A DNA stretch of 64,000 nucleotides from Candidatus Latescibacterota bacterium (lineage in GTDB: Bacteria; Latescibacterota; UBA2968; UBA8231): NCBI GenBank assembly GCA_965221775.1, contig CBDCSU010000005.1, positions 448,001-512,000 on the forward strand. Direction: 5' to 3'. Made by a program: the position numbers and the translations under genes. The notes below the pieces were generated by a model. The model searched no databases. It was not told the DNA's origin and saw only the letters and a program-made list of their open reading frames with translations. This document shows, piece by piece, positions 41,696 through 48,771 of the stretch (position 1 is the first letter of the stretch; each line of letters opens with the position of its first letter).

Positions 41696-43354
41696 TCAAC
41701 CGGAGCGCTCGCAGGTGCTGCCCGGCGCCAGCCGTTCCTCGCGCCACGGGCTCTCCTCGCCGTCGCCGGGGATTCTCCAGGAGAAGGCCAGCTGCGTCTC
41801 TCCCCCGTTGTGGAAGACCACCATCGTCGAGCGGCGGGTCGTGCCCGACGCGGTCCTGGTGGAGGCCGCCCTGCGCGAGGGGATCGACGCCGAGGACGAG
41901 ATCGCCTCGGCCGCTGACTGCTCCCCGGGAAGGGGGCGCACCAGGGAGAGCAGGGTCGCGGGCGGATGGCTCCTGCCGTCCTCCCGCCGGATCTCCATCA
42001 GCGGCCGGACCTCGCCCTGAATCTCCCGCGTCCCCAGCAGCAGCGGGCCGTAGCACGCCGTGACCGCTCCCTGCCCCCAGTTGCGGCCGTGTCCCGCGGC
42101 CACCGAGCAGACGGCGCCGCCCATGTCCGCGTGTTCCCGTCCGCCGCGCAGCACGCGCCGGGCCATCTGCAACCGCGTCGCGGCGCCGCGCAGGGCCCGC
42201 GCCGCGTGCCCGATCTCCCCCGTCAGCTGCCAAGCCAGGGTCAGGGTGGCCGTGGACGGCTCGCGGACCGGCTTCACCGATCCATCCTCGGACCACTCGC
42301 CCCAGAAGGCCATGTCCGCCCGCTTGCCGACCCCCGGCGCCCGGATGCGCCGCTCCTCGGGAAAGACCAGGGCCAGCCGCTCCGGCGGGCTCTCGGGCAG
42401 AGCTTCCAGCCCCGAGCGGATCTCCGCGTCGAGGCCGGTGTCGGCGAAGGTCCAGCGGTAGTAGCTCAGGGCCGCCGCCGCGGGATCGTTGCAGGGGTCG
42501 TCGAGGCTGGTCACCAGGGGCTCCACGATCCGCCTCGCCGCCTCCCGGAAGACCTCCTCGCCGGACAGCATCCACAGATCGCCCAGGGCGTAGACCGCGC
42601 CCGAGGCCAGCAGGTTCTCGATGCCGGCGAGCGGGTCCCCGGGAAGGTGGTGGGCGCTGGCAGCGATCCCGTGCAGACCTCTCGCGTCGACCTCGGCCTC
42701 GTCGAGCCCCTTGCCGTCGAGGGTCCACAGCAGCGGCATCGGCTCCGGCGCCGCCACCAGGCGCCCGGCCCGCTTGCGGCCATGGCGCAGGGCCCACTCC
42801 AGGTAGCGCTCCGCCCCCGTCACCCGGTGGGCGGCGAGGGCGATGTGGAGGAAGCGGAAGTGCTCGGCCAGCTCGAAGGCCTCGCTGTCGTCGTTGGTCA
42901 CACACCGGGTGCCGATGCGGTAGCCGACGAAGGTGTCCCGCGAGTCGTCGTACCACGGCGGGACCTCGGGCACCCAGTTGCCGATGTGCTCGGCGGCATC
43001 CGCCAGCAGCGAGACCGCCTCGGAATCCCGCGGCTGCAGGCCGATATAGCGCGGCAGGAAGAGCAGGAACGGTTCCGGCCCGTGATGGGCCTCGGCTTCG
43101 GGCTCGTACCCGTGGAGGCACTCGCGCTCCACCCAGCCCTTCAGAGCCGCCTTCAGCGCCTCGAAGTGGCGCAGGACCGCCTCGTCGCCGGTGACCAGGT
43201 AGTGGGGGAACCACGCGAGGGCATAGTTGGCCTCGTCCTCGCCGCCGTCGTTGGGGCCGGGCGGATCGAGGCGCCGGCTCTGACGGAGCCAGGCGTCCAT
43301 CTCGGACCGGAGGGCGGTGTAGGCGCTATAGCTTTGTTGAATCTGATCCTTCAT
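41696..43354 (-). CDS. Hypothetical protein (possible alpha/alpha toroid, glycosidase-like)
   Basis: 552-aa ORF with host-like codon use; helical repeats such as AHRVTGAERYLEWA and WMLSGEEVFREAA. Confidence 0.6.
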   Translation of the reverse strand: MKDQIQQSYSAYTALRSEMDAWLRQSRRLDPPGPNDGGEDEANYALAWFPHYLVTGDEAVLRHFEALKAALKGWVERECLHGYEPEAEAHHGPEPFLLFLPRYIGLQPRDSEAVSLLADAAEHIGNWVPEVPPWYDDSRDTFVGYRIGTRCVTNDDSEAFELAEHFRFLHIALAAHRVTGAERYLEWALRHGRKRAGRLVAAPEPMPLLWTLDGKGLDEAEVDARGLHGIAASAHHLPGDPLAGIENLLASGAVYALGDLWMLSGEEVFREAARRIVEPLVTSLDDPCNDPAAAALSYYRWTFADTGLDAEIRSGLEALPESPPERLALVFPEERRIRAPGVGKRADMAFWGEWSEDGSVKPVREPSTATLTLAWQLTGEIGHAARALRGAATRLQMARRVLRGGREHADMGGAVCSVAAGHGRNWGQGAVTACYGPLLLGTREIQGEVRPLMEIRREDGRSHPPATLLSLVRPLPGEQSAAEAISSSASIPSRRAASTRTASGTTRRSTMVVFHNGGETQLAFSWRIPGDGEESPWREERLAPGSTCERSG

Positions 43355-43554
43355 CCTGCCAAGGGCTCCCGTAATTGCAGAAAGACCTCAACCCTCGCTT
43401 GCCCTCAAGCTATGTCATGTCTGCCGGAAGCACACCGCGCCGTTCGCGGATCGGCGCGGGAACCCCCTCGCGAATCTGCGGCCGACAGTCGAACGCCATT
43501 CCATTCCGGGCTCACATTTCTTCGGAGGTCGACATCTCTCTTTCGTGCTGGCAT

Positions 43555-44247
43555 ATGAGAGTGGCCGCCTGCCTCTTCCTGCTTCTGCAGGGGTGCTCGG
43601 TCCAGGACGATACGTGGATGGGTCTCGGAGTCGAGCCCGAGAGTCGATGCTCCCCCTACAACCGCACGCCGGACTACCGGCACTCTCCACATCTGGAGCC
43701 CGCCATAGCGGCCAGGATGGGAGGCATCCGGTGCCGCTATACAGGGAGGGTTTACCGCAGCCTTCTACAGACCGACATCGAGCACGTGGTCGCCTTGAGC
43801 GAAGCCCACGACTCGGGCCTGTGCGCGGCGGATGCGGCGACGAAGCGGAGGTTCGCCAACGACCTGTTGAATCTGACGCTCTCCGATCCCGCCGTGAACT
43901 ACCAGAAGGGCGCGAAGGACGCCGGGGAGTGGATGCCGCGGATCGATCCACGCGGGTTTGCGGAAACCGTCATCCAGGTGAAGCGCAAGTATGGACTGAG
44001 CATCGACAGGAGGGAGCGGGCAGCCCTCGAGAGAGCCCTGGACGGCCACTGGGTGGCGCCTCCTGCATCCATGGGAGACCTGGCCGAGTTGCCGGAGGCC
44101 GGCCATCCTCTCGATCTGTGGGACGACAACGGCAACGGGCGGATCACCTGTGCGGAGGCAGAACGCCACGGCACCCCGGTGAAGCGCGGCCATCCGGCGT
44201 ACGTCTACATGAGGGACGGCGACGGCGACGGGTGGGTTTGTGAGTAG
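43555..44247 (+). CDS. Lipoprotein with HNH-type (DUF1524-like) nuclease and Excalibur Ca-binding domain
   Basis: Lipobox LLQGC; DIEHVVALSEA...FANDLLNL...N..KGAKD..EWMP; CAEA...HPAY..MRDGDGDGWVCE. Confidence 0.85.
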   Translation: MRVAACLFLLLQGCSVQDDTWMGLGVEPESRCSPYNRTPDYRHSPHLEPAIAARMGGIRCRYTGRVYRSLLQTDIEHVVALSEAHDSGLCAADAATKRRFANDLLNLTLSDPAVNYQKGAKDAGEWMPRIDPRGFAETVIQVKRKYGLSIDRRERAALERALDGHWVAPPASMGDLAELPEAGHPLDLWDDNGNGRITCAEAERHGTPVKRGHPAYVYMRDGDGDGWVCE

Positions 44248-44270
44248 GGGCGCCACCACATCGCGCGGCT

Positions 44271-44436
44271 TCTACCCCCCGCCCGCACTCGCGGGCAATT
44301 CGGCTCTCCAGCCAGGTGCAGCGAATGAGTAGCTGGGTAGGTCGGCAGCACCAGACCCGTAACCCCGACAAGCGCCAGATCGAACCTCAGCCCTGATGGC
44401 AGGGGCCAGTCCCGCAGCATCGGCTGTGCTCCGATG
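44271..44436 (-). pseudogene. Degenerate frameshifted copy of the 3' end of the acyltransferase gene (48771-48940)
   Basis: Encodes IGAQPMLRDWPLPSGLRFDLALVGVTGL and PRVRAGG-stop vs IGAQFAVRDWPLPSAVKFVLVLVAVTGF...PRVRAGG-stop. Confidence 0.88.
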
Positions 44437-44527
44437 CCGGGTCGAAGATCTCCGGACCGAGTCCGCAGGATCCCATGGCAAGGCACCGGACATCCTCCGT
44501 CCGATTGGCCTCAAGCGGCGACCGATC

Positions 44528-44545
44528 CAACTAAGATTTTAGTTG
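44528..44545. promoter_or_regulatory. Palindromic operator 1, putative BlaI-family box
   Basis: CAACTAA-GATT-TTAGTTG, perfect 7-4-7 inverted repeat overlapping the -35. Confidence 0.85.
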
Positions 44546-44571
44546 ACATGCGCCGCGGCGCCGGGTATGTT
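44543..44571 (+). promoter_or_regulatory. Sigma70-type promoter of the blaI-like operon
   Basis: TTGACA (44543-44548), 17-nt spacer, TATGTT (44566-44571). Confidence 0.85.
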
Positions 44572-44572
44572 C

Positions 44573-44592
44573 TCAACTAAACCCTTAGTTGA
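44573..44592. promoter_or_regulatory. Palindromic operator 2, putative BlaI-family box
   Basis: TCAACTAA-ACCC-TTAGTTGA over the predicted +1, just before AGGAG RBS. Confidence 0.85.
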
Positions 44593-44605
44593 TAGGAGCA
44601 GCCGC

Positions 44606-45013
44606 ATGGCTCAAAGAGGGGGACCCGACAAGAGGCTGACCCCGCTCGAGACACTGATCATGAACGTCCTCTGGGACGATTCGCCCGCCGCCGTCCGCCA
44701 AGTTCAGCAGCGGCTCGAGGCGGTCAGGCCCATGGCCTACAACACCGTCCTGACCATGATGCGCATTCTGCGCGAGAAGGGCTTCCTGGTGTCGGAGCGC
44801 GAGGGCCGGTCCGACCTCTACCGACCGGTGGTGACGCGCGAGGACATGGCGCGGCGGTCCCTGGGCGACGTCATGGACTCCTTCTTCTCCGGCTCGGCCG
44901 AGGCGCTGGTCAGCCAGCTGCTGGACGGCCAGTCCCTCACCGAGGAGGAGCTGAGATCGATCCGCGCCGAGCTGGACCGGGCCCTCCAGCGCAGAAGGGG
45001 GAAGCGGCGATGA
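44606..45013 (+). CDS. BlaI/MecI/CopY family transcriptional repressor
   Basis: LTPLETLIMNVLW, MAYNTVLTMMRIL.EKGFL, FFSGS...LVSQL; ATG 44606 after AGGAG. Confidence 0.95.
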   Translation: MAQRGGPDKRLTPLETLIMNVLWDDSPAAVRQVQQRLEAVRPMAYNTVLTMMRILREKGFLVSEREGRSDLYRPVVTREDMARRSLGDVMDSFFSGSAEALVSQLLDGQSLTEEELRSIRAELDRALQRRRGKRR

Positions 45014-46842
45014 GCGCGGCCCTGAACGGGCTGGGCAACCAGCTCTTCGCCTGGCTGGGCCCGCTGAGCATCGAGCTGGTGGGGCTGGCGGTCCTGGTGC
45101 TGGCGGCTTGCCGTCTGGTGAAGTCGCCGGCCCTGCGCCACCTGTTGTGGCTGGCCGTGCTCGTCAAGCCGATCGCCGCCGTTGTGGTCAGCTCCCCCTA
45201 TACGGTATTCGCGCCCCTGGCGGCGTTCGTGCAGCCCGGCTGGGATGCCCTCCCTGCCTGGAGGGTTGAGCACCTGACGCTGACGCCCCTGGCAGCGGCT
45301 CCCGCGGCCTTCGCCACAAGCAGCGTGCCGTTTACCCCTGCCGCCTGGGGAGCGCTCCTGTGGCTCGTGGGCGCGACGTTGCTCATCGGGAGGACCCTGG
45401 CCGGCTTCGGCATCCTCCGGCGACTCCGGCGGCAGGCGCATGTGCAACGAGAGGGTCCGCTCTTCGAGGCTCTGCGGCGGGCGCGCGCGTCCCTCGACTG
45501 TCACCCCGGGGTCGAGGTGGCCACCTCTCCCTCCATCCGCTCGCCCATGGTCCTCGGCATCCTCAGACCGCTCATCGTCGTTCCCGCCGATCTCGTGCAG
45601 AGACTGCGGGGTGACGAGTTGACCCTGGTCCTCATGCACGAACTGGCCCACGTGCGCCGCTGCGACAATCTCACATTGCTGCTGCAGAGACTGGTCACGG
45701 CCGTCCTGTTCTTCCACCCCGCCCTGTGGCTGTGCGGCCGCATGCTGCGGCGCGAAGCCGAGCAGGCCTGCGACGATCTCGTGGTCGGCGTCACCGCCCG
45801 CCCGGAAGCGTATGCGCGCGGCCTCACCTTAGTCGCCGAAGAGGCGGCTCACTCCAACCCACGAACCAGGAGAGTCCCCATGATGAGCACCTTTGCCGCC
45901 ACCGAGTCCCATCTCTCGCGGAGGATCCGCCGGACTCTGCACGGTGGTGCGCGCCGGATGGGAACGCGGGCGCGCGTGCTTGCGGTGGTACTGCTGTTCC
46001 CTCTGGCCGCCGTGACCCTGCCCTCGTACGGCGCTGCAGACAACTGGGTGGCGGCCGAGACGGCTTCGGCTATCGCGGCCGACTCCAGTGCTGCTGCCAC
46101 CGGCCGGGACGAAGTCGTGACGCTCGAGGAACTCACCGACAGAATGGCCAAGGGCATACGAATGGTGGAGGAAACTCACACCGAGGGAGTGCGCCGTCGC
46201 ATTGTGGCGGCGCCCGAGAGCGGGGTGAAGGTGGTGATCCAGGAGCTGGATGTGGCGGGCAGCCGCAAGTCGGACCCAGATGAAGCAGTCGCTCGGGCGA
46301 TCGAGCAGATAGAGGATCTCCAGTCAGAAGCTATCGGGAGAATCGCAGCCCAAGCCAACGAACTGACCGGAGAGGAGTCGTTGCACAGGATCCTTGAAGC
46401 CCTCGATGAGAGTCGTATCATGCGAGAGGCGGTGGCCACCGACCCGGATGAATGGTCGGATGAGTTAAAGGCACAGCTGCTCGCCCTCAAGCCGGACAGT
46501 ACCATCGAGGAGATCGTCGAGTTTGTGCGCGGCGTTCGCAGTGGAACCGTGCTGTATGGGTACTCCGTGCGCGGAGAGGATCGCATGGAACCCGAGGGTG
46601 TCTTCCTCATTATGGTGGATCAGGACGGCAACATGAGGCTGAACGGCAAACCCGTGACCTTCGCGAACCTTGGAGACGAACTGGGGAACCAGAGAAGCAA
46701 GCTGGACACCACCTCCATGATCATCATTCGGAGCGCCGAGGGGGTAGCCCGCGGGCGGATCGTCGAGATCATGGACATCGCACGCCAAGCGGGGCTTGTC
46801 GATCAGGTCCTTGTCGATCAGATCCTTGCCACGGAGCCATAG
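45010..46842 (+). CDS. BlaR1-like M56 metallopeptidase with C-terminal ExbD/TolR-like domain
   Basis: ALRHLLW, SPMVLGILRP, HELAHVRRCD, FFHP..W, EAEQACD; C-terminal IMVDQDG...NGKPV...IIIR...GRIVEIMDIARQAGL; ATGA overlap. Confidence 0.9.
   Translation: MSAALNGLGNQLFAWLGPLSIELVGLAVLVLAACRLVKSPALRHLLWLAVLVKPIAAVVVSSPYTVFAPLAAFVQPGWDALPAWRVEHLTLTPLAAAPAAFATSSVPFTPAAWGALLWLVGATLLIGRTLAGFGILRRLRRQAHVQREGPLFEALRRARASLDCHPGVEVATSPSIRSPMVLGILRPLIVVPADLVQRLRGDELTLVLMHELAHVRRCDNLTLLLQRLVTAVLFFHPALWLCGRMLRREAEQACDDLVVGVTARPEAYARGLTLVAEEAAHSNPRTRRVPMMSTFAATESHLSRRIRRTLHGGARRMGTRARVLAVVLLFPLAAVTLPSYGAADNWVAAETASAIAADSSAAATGRDEVVTLEELTDRMAKGIRMVEETHTEGVRRRIVAAPESGVKVVIQELDVAGSRKSDPDEAVARAIEQIEDLQSEAIGRIAAQANELTGEESLHRILEALDESRIMREAVATDPDEWSDELKAQLLALKPDSTIEEIVEFVRGVRSGTVLYGYSVRGEDRMEPEGVFLIMVDQDGNMRLNGKPVTFANLGDELGNQRSKLDTTSMIIIRSAEGVARGRIVEIMDIARQAGLVDQVLVDQILATEP
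45480..45785 (+). repeat. 306-bp near-identical copy of 47383-47688 (M56 catalytic core)
   Basis: About 7 substitutions counted by eye; constant offset of 1903 nt. Confidence 0.92.
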
Positions 46843-46915
46843 CCGATAGGCCGCGGCTATAGAGCCGGCCGGAGTTGGGCCGAACCGAAACCGGAAAGTG
46901 GACGAGGAGACGGTG

Positions 46916-48763
46916 ATGAGTTGGACCCTGAACGAACTGGGACATCAGCTCCTCGGCTGGTTGGTTCCGTTGAGCATCGAGCTGGCGGCACTGGCGGTCC
47001 TGGTGCTGGCCGCCGGCCGCCTGCTGCCGATCCGGTCGCCGGCCTTGCGCCACCTCCTGTGGCTGGCCGTGCTCGTCAAGCCGCTCGTCTCCCTGCTGGT
47101 CAACTCGCCCTGCACGGTATACGCGCCGCTGGTGCCCCTGGCAGAGCCCGCCTCCCCCGTCGCGGATCTGCATGTCGAACACTTGGTGGTACAGGCCGCG
47201 GCCTCCCCCCCCATCGCCGAGAGCAGCCCGCGTCTTACGGCAGTCGGCTGGGGCATGGTGCTCTGGCTGGTTGGCGCGGCCCTGCTCACCGGACGGATCC
47301 TGATCGGCCACCGCGTCCTTCGTCGCCTGCGGCAGGAGGCCCATCTGCAGCGGGGCGGTCCGCTCTTCGCGGCCCTGCGGCAGGCGCGCGCGTCCCTCGA
47401 CTGTCACCCCGGGGTCGAGGTGGCCACCTCTCCCTCCATCCGCTCGCCCATGGTCCTCGGCATCCTCAGACCGCTCATCGTCGTTCCCGCCGATCTCGTG
47501 CAGAGACTGCGCGGTGACGAGTTGACCCTGGTCCTCATGCACGAGCTGGCCCACGTGCGCCGCTGCGACAACCTCACATTGCTGCTGCAGAGACTGATCA
47601 CGGCCGTCCTGTTCTTCCACCCAGCCCTGTGGCTGTGCGGCCGCATGTTGCGGCGCGAAGCCGAACAGGCCTGCGACGATCTCGTGGTATCCGCCGCCGG
47701 CCGCGCGGAAGCCTATGCGCGGGGACTCACCCTGGTCGCCGAAGGGGCCCACTCAAACCCGCCAGCGAGGAGAGTCCCCATGTCGAGCACCCTTGCCGCC
47801 ACCGAATCCGACCTCTCGCAGAGGATCCGCCGGACGCTGGACGGTGGTGCATCCCGGATGGGCCCGCGGGCGCGTTTGCTGGCGGTGGTACTGCTATCCC
47901 CTCTGGCCGCCGTGACCCTGCCTGCTTACGGCGTTGCCGACAGCGCCACGGACGAAGTGACGGCAGCCGCTGGAGTCGCGTCTGCTTCCGTTTCTGCTGA
48001 CGGAATCCTGGGAGAGGAGGCGGCCGCCGATTCGGAGGAGCAGCGGAGAACGGTGCTTGTGGAACCCGGACCCGACAGCACCACCGAGTGGACCGTGGAG
48101 GCGATGGAACGCCGCATCCGGGAGTCGATCCGGCGCCGCATTCAGGAGGCGACCGATAGCGGTGAACCTGCTCCGGAGCTATGGCTCAGAATCCTCGATA
48201 ACCACAGCATGATCAGGGATATGGCCGAGGCGGGACTCAAGTGCCGGGAATGCGCTCGCATCAAGCGGGGTACGGCTCAAAGGGACCTCCGGAACCTGTT
48301 TCTCGTGGTGTATCGAGACGGCAGCATGAAGCTGAACGAGAAGCCAGTGACCCTCGGAACCCTCGGAGACGAGTTGCAGGCGAGGAGACAACTGGTCGTA
48401 AACAACAGGATGGTCATCCAGCACGACGGACGCGCCCCGGAGGGACAGGTCGTTCAAGTCATGGATGTCATACGCCAGGCAGGGCTGGTATCGCTCGGCT
48501 ATCCGGTCATCGCCACCGAAGAGGGGCACGGGACCTTGCGGGAGGCGCTGGCGACCGATCCGGAGGAATGGACGGAAGAGTTGAAGGACCGGGTTCTCGC
48601 GCTCCAACCTGGCAGTACTATCGAGGAGGTCTCCGACCTGGTGCGGCACCGGAGGAACTGGCTCAACCCGGGAACGACCGATCCTGACAGGTGGTCCGAC
48701 GAACCTTCCAGCACCGTCGACCAGGACTGTCGAGGGTGTCCGCAAGAGACGGCAACAGACTAG
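46916..48763 (+). CDS. Second BlaR1-like M56 metallopeptidase with ExbD/TolR-like domain
   Basis: Same M56 motifs (HELAH, EAEQACD); LVVYRDG...NEKPV...MVIQHD...GQVVQVMDVIRQAGL; ATG 46916 after GAGGAG. Confidence 0.9.
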   Translation: MSWTLNELGHQLLGWLVPLSIELAALAVLVLAAGRLLPIRSPALRHLLWLAVLVKPLVSLLVNSPCTVYAPLVPLAEPASPVADLHVEHLVVQAAASPPIAESSPRLTAVGWGMVLWLVGAALLTGRILIGHRVLRRLRQEAHLQRGGPLFAALRQARASLDCHPGVEVATSPSIRSPMVLGILRPLIVVPADLVQRLRGDELTLVLMHELAHVRRCDNLTLLLQRLITAVLFFHPALWLCGRMLRREAEQACDDLVVSAAGRAEAYARGLTLVAEGAHSNPPARRVPMSSTLAATESDLSQRIRRTLDGGASRMGPRARLLAVVLLSPLAAVTLPAYGVADSATDEVTAAAGVASASVSADGILGEEAAADSEEQRRTVLVEPGPDSTTEWTVEAMERRIRESIRRRIQEATDSGEPAPELWLRILDNHSMIRDMAEAGLKCRECARIKRGTAQRDLRNLFLVVYRDGSMKLNEKPVTLGTLGDELQARRQLVVNNRMVIQHDGRAPEGQVVQVMDVIRQAGLVSLGYPVIATEEGHGTLREALATDPEEWTEELKDRVLALQPGSTIEEVSDLVRHRRNWLNPGTTDPDRWSDEPSSTVDQDCRGCPQETATD

Positions 48764-48771
48764 GAGCCGCT

